Below are positions 39,641 to 51,593 of a stretch of DNA of 64,000 nt, in pieces. The notes beneath the pieces were generated by a model, which worked only from the letters and a program-made list of their open reading frames with translations, was not told the DNA's origin and did not search any database. A program made the position numbers and the translations under genes. This stretch comes from Bugula neritina (lineage: Eukaryota; Animalia; Bryozoa), in NCBI GenBank assembly GCA_964035545.1, contig CAXIUT010000291.1, positions 1 to 64,000 of the forward strand, given 5' to 3'. Every line of letters begins with the position of its first letter. Position 1 is the stretch's first letter.

Positions 39641-42600
39641 TCAATCATCAGCATGCATCCAAACCGGCTTTTTAGCAGCAGGCTTCACCGGAGCGGAGGC
39701 TTCTTTGTCTGTCGCTGGCTTTGGTTTTGCAGCAGGCTTGCTTTCAGCATTGCTGGCTACAGATGGTGCGGATTTAACTGCCACCGGCGCTTGCGGCTCT
39801 GCTGTCGCAGGCTTTGCTGCCGGTGCTTTTGGCTCTGCTGCCGCAGATTTCGCTGCCACTGGTGCTTTCGACTCTGCTGTCGCAGGCTTTGTAGTCACTG
39901 GTGCTTTCGGCTCTGTTGCTGTCGCAGGCTTCGCTGCTACCGGTGGTGCTTTTGGCTCCGCTTTGGATGCTGCTACTGCGGGCTTTGCCACTGCTGGTTT
40001 GGGCGTTGCCTTTTTTGCAGATTGTTCAGCAGTATCTGTTGTTGTTTTTGCACCGGTTTTTGGCGAAGCCTTTGTGGCCTTGGTATCCGCGTTCTTGTCA
40101 GCAGTGTCCGCCTGTTTGCTCCTAGTTGGTGTAGGTTTGCTGGTATTTTCACCGGCTGCCGTTGTTTCAGCTTTGGCCGCAGGCTTGGTTGCAGTGGCTT
40201 CTGTTGTCGCTACCGGCTTATCCTTTGGCTTATCGCTCTGTTGCCGGGTGCTTTCGTCCGTTTTGCTGGCCGCCTTTGCCTCGGTGCTAGCCTCTGTGTT
40301 TGCTTTGGCGGAGTGCTTGTTGGATTTGGCCTTGTCACCTCTGGTTGATTTTTTGGGCGTGATGTCAATGATCAGGGGTTCCTGATTATCGACCGGAGTA
40401 GTCGCAGTCTTGCGGCGTCCACCGCCGCGTGGCTTCCTGGTACCGGAGCGGCTCTGTGGCTTTTCCGTATTGCCAGTACTGCTACTATCGGCGACGGCTT
40501 TGGCTGGCGTAGTTGTGGTGTTTTCGTTGCTGCCACTTGTTACGACAGTCGTCGATTGAGAGTTCGCAGTTTTATCCTTAGAGGTGTTGGTGTTGCTGAC
40601 AGCGTCAGGCCCGGCTGCTGCCTGAGTCTGGCTTTGAGGTTCCTGCTGCGCCGACTTAGCTGGCCTTGTTGCCTGGTTTGCTGTGGTTATATCAGCAGCT
40701 TTAGCCGGTGTACCGGTAGCCGTTTTATCTTTAGCTTCAACTTTAGTCTCAGCCGGTGCCGTGGCTTTATTTGTTGCAGTGCTTGTGCCGCTTTCTGCTG
40801 ACGTGGCCTGTTTGTCAGTAGCTGACGGCTTTTCCGCAGTGTCGCTGGCCTTTGCGGCTTGAGGTTTTCTGCCCCGGCGGTTGTTTTTAGCGTCACCCGT
40901 ATTTTTCTGGTTGGTCGCTACTGTTGCGCTTGGTGCCGGTAAGGTAATTTCCAGTGGTGTAGTATCGCTATTAACAGCGAGGGTATCGTTCACTACTGGC
41001 TTATCATTAGTCTTGCGTTCGCGATCATTGCGGCGTCCGCCACGGCGGTTGTTGCGTCTTTCTGTTTTATCGCTTGCTGCCTGGGTACTTTGTGTTTCCT
41101 GAACGTTTTGCTTGTTTTCAGGTGTATTAGCTTTGGGAGGCTGGCGGCGATTGTTGCGCTTATTGCCTCTGGCTTCATTGGCATTTGTGGTGCCCTGCTG
41201 GCTTTGATTGCCATGCGTAGTGCTTTGCTGTCCTTGATTGCCATTCGCGCTATTGCTGTCGTTTTGCTTGCGTCCATTGCGGTTACGACGATTTTGCTGT
41301 TTAGCATCGCTGCCGGACGAGTCGTTGTTCTTCCTGCGATTATTTGGTTTTTGCTGATTATTGCGGCGTGCCGGGCGCTCCTTGTCGCCTGTCGCCTGTT
41401 TTTTCTTAGTTTCCTGCGCTTCTTTGACAGCAGCAATAGGCTCTTCAGTTTTGGCATTGCTGCCAAATAAACCATGTAGCAGGCGACGAATCAGTCCCGG
41501 GTTCTTTTGTACATCCAGTACTTCCGGCTTAGCTGGCTCTGGTTTTTTCTCGATATGCGGGGCAGGCTGGCTGTGAGCAACGTTTCCAACGACAGCGGCT
41601 TCCGGTGCTTTAACGGTTTTATCATCTCTATCCGCCTCGCCATTATCCAGTGGATCGGGTGGCGTAGCTATTTGGGTATAGCTGGCCCCCATGTCTTTCA
41701 TTTCGTCGGTACGTAAGCGGGTAATTTCGAAGTGTGGCGTGTCCATATGTGGATTCGGAATCACGGTCAGTTCGATATTGCGCCGTTTCTGTACGTCGGC
41801 GAGGGCGGCACGTTTCTCATTGAGCAGGAAGGTCGCCACCGGTACCGGTAACTGAGCCGTGACCCGCCCGGTCATTTCTTTCATTGACTCTTCTTCCATC
41901 AAACGCAGGATGGAGAGTGCCAGCGAGTCGGTGTTACGAATGCTGCCGTGGCCGGTACAGCGTGGGCAGACAATCTGGCTGGATTCACCCAGTGACGGGC
42001 GCAGACGCTGGCGTGACATTTCCAGTAAGCCGAAGCGTGAAATACGTCCAACCTGTACTCTGGCGCGGTCTACCTTTAGTGCTTCCTTAAGGCGGCGCTC
42101 AACTTCGCGCTGATGTTTGCTTGGTAGCATATCAATGAAGTCGATAACAATGAGGCCACCAAGGTCACGCAGGCGTAGCTGGCGGGCGACTTCGTCCGCT
42201 GCTTCAAGGTTGGTATTGAGCGCGGTTTCCTCGATGCCTTTGCCTTTGGTGGCGCGGGCCGAGTTGATGTCGATGGAAATGAGCGCTTCGGTATGGTCAA
42301 TAACAATCGCGCCGCCCGAAGGTAGATGTACCTCGCGCTGGAACGCGGTTTCGATCTGATGTTCGATCTGATAGCGGCTGAACAGTGGCGTACTGTCCTT
42401 GTACTGCTTGAGCTTGCGCAGATTATGCGGCATAACGGCCTGCATAAAGTCGTGTGCCTGTTGATAAACCTGTGGATCGTCGATCACGATCTCGCCAATA
42501 TCACGCCGGAAATAGTCGCGTAATGCACGAATAATGACGTTGCTTTCCTGATACAGTAATACCGGGGCTTTATGCTGTTTAGAGGCGGTTTGAATGGCGT

Positions 42601-43180
42601 CCCAGATAGTCTTGAGGTAGTCCAGATCCCAGCTCAGTTCTTCCAGCTCACGATCTACACCCGCTGTTCGCACGATTGCACCCATGCCATCCGGGATGTC
42701 GAGGTCAGACAGGGTTTGCTTGATATGCTGGCGATCTTCGCCTTCGATGCGGCGCGAGACGCCACCGGCGCGTGGATTATTGGGCATTAACACCAGATAA
42801 CGCCCGGCGAGGCTGATGTAAGTAGTTAGGGCTGCGCCCTTATTGCCGCGCTCTTCCTTATCGACCTGAAGCAGGATTTCCTGGCCTTCGCGTAGTACAT
42901 CCTTAATGCTTGGACGACTGTTGCCATCGACTTTAGCGTCGGGGTGATAGCATTCGCGTGCTACCTCGCGGAAAGACAAAAAGCCATGACGTTGTGCGCC
43001 ATAGTTTACGAAGGCGGCTTCGAGGCTTGGCTCGATACGGGTGATAACCCCTTTATAGATATTGGCCTTTTTTTGCGCCCGAAATGGATGTTCTATGTCC
43101 AAATCATAAAGTCGTTGACCGTCGACCATTGCAACACGAATTTCTTCCGCCTGTGTCGCATTAATTAAAATTCTTTTCAT
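39641..43180 (-). CDS. rne: Ribonuclease E
   Basis: [28 protein letters not shown]; long disordered C-terminal region. Confidence 0.97.
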   Translation of the reverse strand: MKRILINATQAEEIRVAMVDGQRLYDLDIEHPFRAQKKANIYKGVITRIEPSLEAAFVNYGAQRHGFLSFREVARECYHPDAKVDGNSRPSIKDVLREGQEILLQVDKEERGNKGAALTTYISLAGRYLVLMPNNPRAGGVSRRIEGEDRQHIKQTLSDLDIPDGMGAIVRTAGVDRELEELSWDLDYLKTIWDAIQTASKQHKAPVLLYQESNVIIRALRDYFRRDIGEIVIDDPQVYQQAHDFMQAVMPHNLRKLKQYKDSTPLFSRYQIEHQIETAFQREVHLPSGGAIVIDHTEALISIDINSARATKGKGIEETALNTNLEAADEVARQLRLRDLGGLIVIDFIDMLPSKHQREVERRLKEALKVDRARVQVGRISRFGLLEMSRQRLRPSLGESSQIVCPRCTGHGSIRNTDSLALSILRLMEEESMKEMTGRVTAQLPVPVATFLLNEKRAALADVQKRRNIELTVIPNPHMDTPHFEITRLRTDEMKDMGASYTQIATPPDPLDNGEADRDDKTVKAPEAAVVGNVAHSQPAPHIEKKPEPAKPEVLDVQKNPGLIRRLLHGLFGSNAKTEEPIAAVKEAQETKKKQATGDKERPARRNNQQKPNNRRKNNDSSGSDAKQQNRRNRNGRKQNDSNSANGNQGQQSTTHGNQSQQGTTNANEARGNKRNNRRQPPKANTPENKQNVQETQSTQAASDKTERRNNRRGGRRNDRERKTNDKPVVNDTLAVNSDTTPLEITLPAPSATVATNQKNTGDAKNNRRGRKPQAAKASDTAEKPSATDKQATSAESGTSTATNKATAPAETKVEAKDKTATGTPAKAADITTANQATRPAKSAQQEPQSQTQAAAGPDAVSNTNTSKDKTANSQSTTVVTSGSNENTTTTPAKAVADSSSTGNTEKPQSRSGTRKPRGGGRRKTATTPVDNQEPLIIDITPKKSTRGDKAKSNKHSAKANTEASTEAKAASKTDESTRQQSDKPKDKPVATTEATATKPAAKAETTAAGENTSKPTPTRSKQADTADKNADTKATKASPKTGAKTTTDTAEQSAKKATPKPAVAKPAVAASKAEPKAPPVAAKPATATEPKAPVTTKPATAESKAPVAAKSAAAEPKAPAAKPATAEPQAPVAVKSAPSVASNAESKPAAKPKPATDKEASAPVKPAAKKPVWMHADD

Positions 43181-44078
43181 GTAGTACTACACCACTATTG
43201 TGCAGCACCTGCTTAACCAAATTTGTTTACTGCGGAAATTAAAAATTTCCATGCTTGCGGGGCGCGGCTTTTATGCTGCTGGGTACCAGCCAGCCAAAGC
43301 CATCAGACAGAGGGCATGACGCAGGATTTTATTAACTGTTGTTTTTAATAAAATCAATTGTTTATCCGGGTTTTGTGCTGTGCCTTTCACAGCCTGACCC
43401 CCGGAGTGTCTCTGAATGCTATCCGCTACTAATACTCCGCAATGTTGCTGAATGGATTATCTCGCCAGTTCAGTCTCGCCTATTTTCGATCTGCCCTTTG
43501 TATTATTTGGCAGGTTGAGACTGATCCATATTGTCGTTAAGGGCACGGCAGCTGTGCTGTGAGGCAACTATTTGCTGCGGGAGATCTGCGCCAGCCGGGC
43601 GACAGAAAAATTGCATGCACACTTCAAGGCAAGTCCGGGTTGGTAAGTTTATGTATGTAGTGAGTCATAATGAATCAATGGACTCAGGGCTACACACAAT
43701 AAAATGCTTTTTCCTTTTCAAAATAAACAAAATCTGTGATATGGCAGGGTGCTGAAATTACACACCACACTGTACACGAATTGTCTGCGCCAGCGCTGCT
43801 CATGGGACAAGCTGATCTTGCTATATTGCGTTTACTCAGCTCGCCGCTCCAAATTCCGTATGGGAATTCAATTGAATCATCTGGAGATGCGTCCTATCAT
43901 GCGTGGCTCAAAGGCGCGGCATGAAGCATTTGTTTCCCGCTCGTCTGACGTCATCAACCGTAGGGTGCAATGGTCGGGCAAAAATTCCCATCTATCCATT
44001 AACCCAAACCGAATATATCAACTTGGCTAATTGCATTCAATCTAATTGCGCCAAATAACTGTCTTTGTGGAATATTTA

Positions 44079-45035
44079 ATGGCTGTTTCCTTCCATACGG
44101 TGACCGAGCATGAGGCTGGTCAGCGAATTGATAATTTCCTGTTGAAGCATTTTAAGAAAGTGCCGAAGAGCGTCATCTACCGTATTGTACGTAAAGGTGA
44201 AGTGAGGATTGACAAAAAACGGGTTAAACCTGAGCGCAAACTGGCAATAGGTGAGGAGATTCGTATCCCGCCGGTTAAGGTGGACATTGAGGCTCCGAAT
44301 CGTCAGGAGGCTCCGACAGCACTACTGGAGACGATTGAGCACGCTATTTTGCTGGAAGACGAGTACCTGATTGTGCTGAATAAACCGGCTGGCCTGGCGG
44401 TGCATGGTGGTAGCGGGGTGAAATACGGTTTGATTGAAGCCTTCCGTCAATTGCGACCTAATCTGCCGTTTATCGAACTGGTGCATCGGCTGGATCGCGA
44501 TACCAGCGGCCTGCTATTACTGGCTAAATCGCGTAAAGTGTTAAATGCGCTGCATGATTTGCTGCGCGATGGCGGCGGGATGAAGAAGCATTATCAGGCG
44601 TTGGTGGCGGGACAATGGCGTGATGGCCGCCAACATGTCACGATGGAGCTGGAGCGTGGTAATGGTGGTGGGCGTCACAAAGTACAGGTAGTAGCGCATT
44701 CAGCTAAAACGGCGGAGAGTATTTTTACGCCTGATACCATACTGGGTGATTGCACGCTGATGGATGTGCAGATTCTCACCGGGCGCATGCATCAGATTCG
44801 GGTGCAGCTGGCGCAAATGGAACATCCGGTGCTGGGCGATGACCGTTACGGTGATTTTCCCCTGAACCGTGAATATAAGAAGCTGGGCTTAAAACGCTTG
44901 TTTTTGCATGCGGCTTCTCTGGAATTTATGCTGGAGCTGAATGGTCACAAATACCGTTTGGAGGCACCATTGCCGGATGAATTACGCCGGGTGCTGAAGC
45001 AGGCTAACTCGCATGAAAAAGCTTATACCCCGTAG
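44079..45035 (+). CDS. rluC: 23S rRNA pseudouridine synthase RluC
   Basis: GQRIDNFL, HRLDRDTSG, TGRMHQIR; divergent from rne. Confidence 0.93.
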   Translation: MAVSFHTVTEHEAGQRIDNFLLKHFKKVPKSVIYRIVRKGEVRIDKKRVKPERKLAIGEEIRIPPVKVDIEAPNRQEAPTALLETIEHAILLEDEYLIVLNKPAGLAVHGGSGVKYGLIEAFRQLRPNLPFIELVHRLDRDTSGLLLLAKSRKVLNALHDLLRDGGGMKKHYQALVAGQWRDGRQHVTMELERGNGGGRHKVQVVAHSAKTAESIFTPDTILGDCTLMDVQILTGRMHQIRVQLAQMEHPVLGDDRYGDFPLNREYKKLGLKRLFLHAASLEFMLELNGHKYRLEAPLPDELRRVLKQANSHEKAYTP

Positions 45036-45125
45036 AGCATGCAAGTCTGCGACTTGCACAGAAACGCTCCTGAAAACGCACATAGACAGCTTATGGATAC
45101 AGCTATAAAACCACACAAGATCAAA

Positions 45126-45800
45126 ATGATTAATAAGCCGTATAAGCTGCTCATTTTTGACTGGGACGGGACGCTGATGGATTCGGCGGCGCGGATTGTG
45201 AAATGTATGCAATTTGCTGCGCAGACTGTCGGTATTGCGCCGCCGGATGATGCGGCAGTGCGGAATTTGATTGGGTTGTCGCTGGAGGTAACGGTACGGC
45301 GGCTTTATCCGGAGCTGGAGCATGGGCGCTTAATACAGATGGTGGATGCGTTCCGGTGCTGGTCGCTAAGCGATGAACTGAAAATTAGTCCGTTGTTTAC
45401 CGGAGCTGAAGTGGTATTACGCACGCTGGCGGCGCGGGGTTATTATCTGGCGGTGGCGACGGGTAAGTCGCGGCGCGGACTGGATAGGGATATACGGCTC
45501 GCCGGGGTGGAGGATTTGTTTCCCATTACGCGAACTGCGGATGAAACTTTCACTAAACCGCATCCGTTAATGTTACAGGAAATATTGATTGATTATGATC
45601 TGGGCGCTAATGATGCGTTGATGGTGGGTGATACCACTTACGATTTACAGCTGGCGGCGAATGCAAAAATGGATGCGCTGGCGGTGGGTTATGGTGTGCA
45701 TGCTGCGGAGCGTTTATTAATGCATGAGCCTTGCGGCTTGCTTGAGCGGTTTGACCAGCTACCGGAATGGCTGGAAACACGAAAGGATATAAGAAAATGA
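45126..45800 (+). CDS. HAD-IA family hydrolase
   Basis: FDWDGTL, ATGK, KPHP, GDT.YD; usual neighbour of rluC. Confidence 0.9.
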   Translation: MINKPYKLLIFDWDGTLMDSAARIVKCMQFAAQTVGIAPPDDAAVRNLIGLSLEVTVRRLYPELEHGRLIQMVDAFRCWSLSDELKISPLFTGAEVVLRTLAARGYYLAVATGKSRRGLDRDIRLAGVEDLFPITRTADETFTKPHPLMLQEILIDYDLGANDALMVGDTTYDLQLAANAKMDALAVGYGVHAAERLLMHEPCGLLERFDQLPEWLETRKDIRK

Positions 45801-46742
45801 ATGAAGGACAACAGGCCGTTGAGGCATTAAAAACGATTGCACTGGAGACAGTAAAGGAACAGAAGCGGGCGCGGCGCTGGGTATATTTTTTAAGCTGTTT
45901 TTTGTGGCTTACCTGTTGGGCACGCTGTTTTTATTCTTCGGTTCGTTTGGTGGTAAGGGAGAGGCCACGACGATTGATGCGGATGAAATTACCGCGCTGG
46001 TGGATGTGAATGGTGTGATTATGGACGGGGCGGAGGCGAGTGCGGATATGCTGGTGCCCGGTTTACGTAAGGCATTTGAACATGAAAAAACCAAAGGTGT
46101 GATTATTCGGATCAATAGTCCCGGTGGTAGCCCGGTACAGGCTGGCTACATTAATGATGAAATTCGTCGTCTGAAGGAAAAACATAAGGATATTCCGGTG
46201 TATGCGGTAGTGTCCGATATATGTGCTTCCGGTGGCTATTACATCGCGGTGGCGGCGGATGAGATTTATGCGGACAAGGCGAGCCTGGTTGGTTCTATTG
46301 GGGTGCGTATGGATAGCTTTGGCTTTACTGAGGCGATGAAGAAGTATGGGGTCGAGCGGCGACTTTATACAGCGGGCGCGAATAAGGGCATGCTTGATCC
46401 GTTCCTGCCGGAGAATGATGCGCAGGTCGCGCATGTAGAAGATATGCTGGACGTTACCCATAGACAATTCATTAATGTGGTTAAAGAAGGCCGGGCGACC
46501 GGTTACAGGATGAGCCGGAAATCTTTAGTGGTCTGTTCTGGACAGGTGAGACGGCGGTTGAACTCGGTTTAGTGGATGCTCTGGGGAGCGCAGGCCATGT
46601 GGCACGCGAAGTGATAAAGGCTGAGAAAATAGTCAATTTCACGGTGCAGAAAGACTTAATCCAGCGATTAGCGGATCGGGTAAGTGCGTCGCTGAAGGTG
46701 TTGATTGTGGGCGAGAGTGCGCCGCGCCCGGTTTTGTATTGA
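45797..46742 (+). CDS. S49 family peptidase (SppA-like), with two apparent single-G deletions (~45880, ~46492)
   Basis: INSPGGSP, CASGGYY, GSIGV; restoring one G each gives RRWGIFFK and GRGDRL...FSGLFWTG. Confidence 0.85.
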
Positions 46743-46787
46743 TTTGTTGATTGATTCATTGCTGGATTCGTTTGGAAACCTATCGGT

Positions 46788-48008
46788 TTAAACCAGCCGC
46801 ATGAGCAGTGTTTCGACGGGCACCTTTACGGGATGTGTTGCCGCAAAGCAATCAGCTTCTACATAAGGTTCATTCAACACCACCTGAAAGGCATGCGCTG
46901 CGCCGGTTTTTTGTTGGAACCAGCTGAGATGCTTACTCAGGCTTGCGCTGGCTGAGCTTTTTACTTCCACCAGTAGCCAGGGTTGATTGTCTTTACTGAT
47001 TAAAAAGTCGACTTCTTTCTGATCTTTCGTGCGTAGGTAGTGTAGCTGGTAATTGCCCCAGCCACTATCTGTCCACCAGTGTGTTGCTTTGAGTAAGTGG
47101 CTGGCGACCAGATTTTCATGGCGTGCGCCCGGGTCGTTAATTTGTGACCAATCCCATAAATAAACCTTGGGTTCCTTGCGCAGCGCGGTAGTGATATTTT
47201 GATACCAGGGGCGAATGCGAAAGCTGTAATAAAAACTGTCCAGTACTGTCATCCAGCGTCGGATGGTATCTACACTGACATTGATGTGGTTAGCTAAGGT
47301 GCTATACCGTACAGTTTGACCACTTTGTTCGCGCAACAGGTTGGCCAATACATCCAGCTGGTCAATCGCCTGTATCTGGTTCATGTCGCGAATGTCTTCG
47401 TAGATAAGTTGTTGTTGGCGTAGTTGTTGCCAACGATTGTAAAAGCGGCTGTCGGCCTGTACGAAGGGTTCGGGGAACCCGCCGAACTGTAATAATTGTT
47501 CCAGTGCGCCGGACGGTGGTTTTTTAGGTGCTTGTAAGAGTGTGTTGCGATCAAAGCCACCGCTGATTTCGCGCAGGCTGAGTGGATGCATGCGGTAGTG
47601 AAAGTAACGCCCCATTAAACTATCGCCGCCTTTGCGGAAAATGTCCATACGTGCGCTACCGGTGACCAGAAGTGCAAGTTGATTCTCATATAAATCAAAC
47701 AGGCCTTTTAGGTAGTTCTTCCAATCGTGGTATTTGTGTAATTCATCAAAAACAGCAATGGTGCGCTGGTCTTTAAGTTTATGCACACCGAGCTGATTCA
47801 ATAGTTCAGCGTCAGTACTGTTGTTGGTACTTTCCAGAATCCATTGTCGATGCTGGCGGTTGTCCCAATTATAGTAGTTACCCTTTTGTTGTGTGCTGAC
47901 GGCACGTGCCATCGTGGTTTTGCCAACCTGGCGCGGGCCGGAAACAAACATCATTTGTCGTTGCTTTAACAGGTCGGTTTCGATGGTTTTGGTATAAAAG
48001 CGCTTCAT
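46788..48008 (-). CDS. AAA_14 ATPase with DUF4143 domain
   Basis: GPRQVGKT, FDELHK, TGS, GGFPE, EVDF...EVK. Confidence 0.9.
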   Translation of the reverse strand: MKRFYTKTIETDLLKQRQMMFVSGPRQVGKTTMARAVSTQQKGNYYNWDNRQHRQWILESTNNSTDAELLNQLGVHKLKDQRTIAVFDELHKYHDWKNYLKGLFDLYENQLALLVTGSARMDIFRKGGDSLMGRYFHYRMHPLSLREISGGFDRNTLLQAPKKPPSGALEQLLQFGGFPEPFVQADSRFYNRWQQLRQQQLIYEDIRDMNQIQAIDQLDVLANLLREQSGQTVRYSTLANHINVSVDTIRRWMTVLDSFYYSFRIRPWYQNITTALRKEPKVYLWDWSQINDPGARHENLVASHLLKATHWWTDSGWGNYQLHYLRTKDQKEVDFLISKDNQPWLLVEVKSSASASLSKHLSWFQQKTGAAHAFQVVLNEPYVEADCFAATHPVKVPVETLLMRLV

Positions 48009-48146
48009 GGGTGGCCTGTGGTTATTGTTTCAATTAATAACTATTTTACGATCCATCGTAAAAAATTCCGAACTATTTTACGATGGGCCGTAAAATAGTT
48101 CGGAATTTGGTGGTTTATTTTTCAGATTGTCAGTGTTAACACCGGC

Positions 48147-51100
48147 TCAAAGCTGCTCAGCCACCTTTCGCGCTGTTGCAAAGTCTGTCTTCCCACTACC
48201 CAGCTTCGGCACCTCATCCATCAGGTGAATCGCCGCTGGTATCATCAGTGGATTCATCCCACCATCAATCAGACGCCGCTTCACCGCTTTTGGATCGTGT
48301 TCGCCCGCCAGCAACAGAATCACCTTCTCACCTTTCTTCGCATCCGGTAGGTTAACCGCCACGATTTCCAGCTCCGGGTCGTTCAATTGATCACGCACTT
48401 CCTGTTCTACTGCACTTAGGCTCACCATTTCGCCGCCCAGTTTGGCGAAGCGCGAATAGCGATCCACAATAGTCAGGAAGCCATCTCTATCAATATGACC
48501 TTTGTCGCCCGACTTGTACCAACGCCGCCCATCCAATTCGACGATAACCTCAGCCGTCTTCTCCGGGTTATTCAGATAGCCCAGCATCACCTGTGGCCCG
48601 CCAATCAGAATCAGCCCGTCTTCACCGGTCGGCAGTTTTTCCAGCGTATCCGGATCAACAATACGGAAGCTGGTGCCGGGGACGGGTAGCCCAATCGTGC
48701 CCAGTCTGTTGGCGGGCTGGAATTTCCAGGTATCGGTTTCCAGCTGATCGGGGGCGTTAACCCCGGCTACCGGCGAGGTTTCGGTGGTGCCATAGCCTTC
48801 GAGGATCGGTTTGTTAAAGCGCTCCATAAATAATTGGCGGATGTCCTGCGGCAGCTTTTCTGCGCCCGCTACGATATAACGCAATGACTGCATCATTAGG
48901 GGGTGTACTTTTTTATTGCGGGCGTACAGGCGGAAGAAGGTGGCGGTGCCAAATAATACCGTGGCCTCGTATTTGGCCACGCCTTTGGCGATGGTAACCG
49001 CATCGGTTGGATCGGGGTGGCATACTACCGGCACACCTTCCGACAGGGGCAGTAAGACACCAGCCAGCAGGCCAAAGGCATGAAACGCAGGCAGCGTGCC
49101 CATAATCACATCATTTTCCAGCGTATTCAGCATGTCCGACACCTGGCGCGAATTCGTGGCCAGGTTGCGGTGTGAGAGCTGTACGCCTTTCGGTGCGCCC
49201 TCACTGCCACTGGAAAACAAAATGGCAGCTGTGCTTTCCATATCAACACGCCTGATATGCAAAGATTGCAGCAGAGCCGTTGGCATAATCACTACTTTCA
49301 GCAAAGTCAGCAGGCGTTGCGCTGCGCTAATGTCTTTACGCAGGTCTTCCAGATAAATCAGCGGTGTGTCCGGGTAAATTGCCGCAATATCAATATTGCG
49401 CTCCTTTAGCCGTTTCAGGAACAGGCGCGAGGTATAGATACGTTTAATCTCAGCCTGTTGTACCGCACTCTGTAGTGCTTCGGTGCTGGCGGTATAATTC
49501 AGATTAACCACAGTTTTACCGAGCGAGAGTACCGCCATGTTGGTAATACAGCTGGCCACGCTGGTGGGTAACAAAAGGCCAATATTTTGTTCCGGGCTAT
49601 GTTTTTTAATCAGTCCGGCGAAGAGCAGCGTGCCGGTGATAAAGCGGTTATTGCTTAATGGTTCGCCTTCTACATCGCTGGCCGCGAGGCGAAAACCATT
49701 GCGTTTGGCGGAGCGTAACCAGTTAACCGGCAGCGGGTCGAGTGTTTTCGAATAGGTTTCCCAGGAGCTGAAGGACAGGTCGAAAACCTGTTGTTTGAGG
49801 CGGTGGGCCGGGGTATCGGAGGGCAGTGTTTCTCCAAATGACACCATAATGTCACGCTTAAAGCCGGACTGGCGTGACTGGCGGAAGAAACCACTGGAGC
49901 GTGAGAAACGACTACCCCACAGGCCGTGTAGGTAGAAAGGGATAATAACTGCGTCAGTGCCTTTGACTGCGGTCTCGTAATCGTTACTAAAGGCGGAAAG
50001 CTGGCCGGTGCGGCTAATCGCACCTTCCGGGAACAGGCACACGGCCTCGCCGTTTTGCAGCAGTTCATTAATCTTTGCGCGCATTGCCTCCTTATTATCC
50101 GGGTTAATCCGGATAACATTAAGCATCTTCAACATCTGTTGCAGATACCAGCGCTCGTAATAGCCTTTTTCCACCACAAAATGCAGTTCACGCGGGAACG
50201 CCATTTGTACCAGCGCCCAGTCAATAAAGCTGATGTGGTTACCCATTAGCAGCATGCCACCTTCCGTTGGCAGGTTTTTAAAGCCCTGCACCTTGAGGCG
50301 GTAACGGGCTTTAAATAAACGACTGGCAACAAAGCGCAGAATCGACTGTGGCAGTTTAATAATGGCGTAGATCGCGGTGGCGAATGCGACCAGAATCAGG
50401 AAGGCAAACATATACAGACTGTTAAAGCCGACTAGTGCCATCAAAATCGTCAGCCCCAGAAAGCTCAGCATCAGCACATTATTCAGCATATTGTATGACG
50501 CGAGGACACGGCCAAGGTGTTCTTTGGGCGCATGGTATTGCATCATCGCATTGAGCGGGATAATGAACAGACCACCCATCACACCAAGTGCCATAAAGTT
50601 AACGGCCTGTAAAACCTTACTATCGAGCGAGGCCATTAGGATAAGGCAGATGGCAATACCGATTGCGCCCACCGGCACCAATCCGGTTTCAATGTGATTG
50701 CGCGACAGGTAACCGGCGAGTAATGACCCGGTCATAATCCCTATGCCCGCGAAGGCCATAATTCCCTGTAGCTCTGCTGTGCTGGTGATACCGAGGTGTT
50801 CTTTGGCGAAGGCGGGGTAGGTGGCGAGTACGACCTGTGAAATGGCCCAGAATATCGACACACCCATAATGGTGAGCCAGATAATCTGGTGGTTCCAGAC
50901 ACGTTTTAAATTCGCTTTGGCGGTTTTGCCGGTGAGGTAGTCCTGGCGATCAAATGTAATGTCCGGGTTGGTGTCGCCGGTTTTTGGAATACGGTAAGCC
51001 TGCCACAATTCTAATAAGGTAAAGCCAACCAGTAACCAGCCGAGCGGGGCAACATTTTGCAGTACAGTGGATTTATCCGTCAGTGCGACGTCTTTCAGCA

Positions 51101-51593
51101 TGCTTTCAAATAAGACTGAGAAGAAAAAGGTACTGATCAGGATCGAAATCATCGCGGTGGACTGCGCCAGTGCGTTGCCCTGTGGCAGCTTAGTTTCACC
51201 AACCAGCTCGCGGATATAACCAATTTTTGCCGGGCCATAGAAGGCACTCTGCATCGCCAGTAGAAACGTCATGCCAAAGCCAAACCAAAACCAGCCCATG
51301 TAATAACTAAGCGTGATTAACAGCGTCAGAATGGTCGCGCCCCAGGCACTAAAGCGCATAATCAGGTGTTTGGGGTATTTATCGGAGAGGTAACCCGCCG
51401 GAGTGAATAACATAATAAACGGGAGCAGAATCAACGCGTTCACTATCGCCGTTAAAACGATTTGTGTCGGACTATCGTAGATCTTGAAGATGGTATTCTG
51501 GATGATGATTTTGTGGCCGAGATCGACAAAAGCATTGAGGAATACAACGGTGATGAAGGCGATAAAGCCCTGGATGCGTAACACCTGTAGCAT
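48147..51593 (-). CDS. aas: Acyl-[ACP]--phospholipid O-acyltransferase (MFS + acyltransferase + acyl-ACP synthetase fusion)
   Basis: MFS N-terminus, NHISFID, FPEG, FSSGSEGAPKG, EGYGTTE. Confidence 0.92.
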   Translation of the reverse strand: MLQVLRIQGFIAFITVVFLNAFVDLGHKIIIQNTIFKIYDSPTQIVLTAIVNALILLPFIMLFTPAGYLSDKYPKHLIMRFSAWGATILTLLITLSYYMGWFWFGFGMTFLLAMQSAFYGPAKIGYIRELVGETKLPQGNALAQSTAMISILISTFFFSVLFESMLKDVALTDKSTVLQNVAPLGWLLVGFTLLELWQAYRIPKTGDTNPDITFDRQDYLTGKTAKANLKRVWNHQIIWLTIMGVSIFWAISQVVLATYPAFAKEHLGITSTAELQGIMAFAGIGIMTGSLLAGYLSRNHIETGLVPVGAIGIAICLILMASLDSKVLQAVNFMALGVMGGLFIIPLNAMMQYHAPKEHLGRVLASYNMLNNVLMLSFLGLTILMALVGFNSLYMFAFLILVAFATAIYAIIKLPQSILRFVASRLFKARYRLKVQGFKNLPTEGGMLLMGNHISFIDWALVQMAFPRELHFVVEKGYYERWYLQQMLKMLNVIRINPDNKEAMRAKINELLQNGEAVCLFPEGAISRTGQLSAFSNDYETAVKGTDAVIIPFYLHGLWGSRFSRSSGFFRQSRQSGFKRDIMVSFGETLPSDTPAHRLKQQVFDLSFSSWETYSKTLDPLPVNWLRSAKRNGFRLAASDVEGEPLSNNRFITGTLLFAGLIKKHSPEQNIGLLLPTSVASCITNMAVLSLGKTVVNLNYTASTEALQSAVQQAEIKRIYTSRLFLKRLKERNIDIAAIYPDTPLIYLEDLRKDISAAQRLLTLLKVVIMPTALLQSLHIRRVDMESTAAILFSSGSEGAPKGVQLSHRNLATNSRQVSDMLNTLENDVIMGTLPAFHAFGLLAGVLLPLSEGVPVVCHPDPTDAVTIAKGVAKYEATVLFGTATFFRLYARNKKVHPLMMQSLRYIVAGAEKLPQDIRQLFMERFNKPILEGYGTTETSPVAGVNAPDQLETDTWKFQPANRLGTIGLPVPGTSFRIVDPDTLEKLPTGEDGLILIGGPQVMLGYLNNPEKTAEVIVELDGRRWYKSGDKGHIDRDGFLTIVDRYSRFAKLGGEMVSLSAVEQEVRDQLNDPELEIVAVNLPDAKKGEKVILLLAGEHDPKAVKRRLIDGGMNPLMIPAAIHLMDEVPKLGSGKTDFATARKVAEQL

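Noticed and set aside
39497-41716. Long Cys/Arg- or Ala-rich ORFs antisense to rne, and recurring shadow ORFs in the ISs and the adhesin
   Set aside because: By-products of repetitive coding sequence on the other strand or frame
43181-44078. Small ORFs in the ~900-bp rne-rluC gap
   Set aside because: No recognisable motifs; a long rne leader and divergent promoters are expected here
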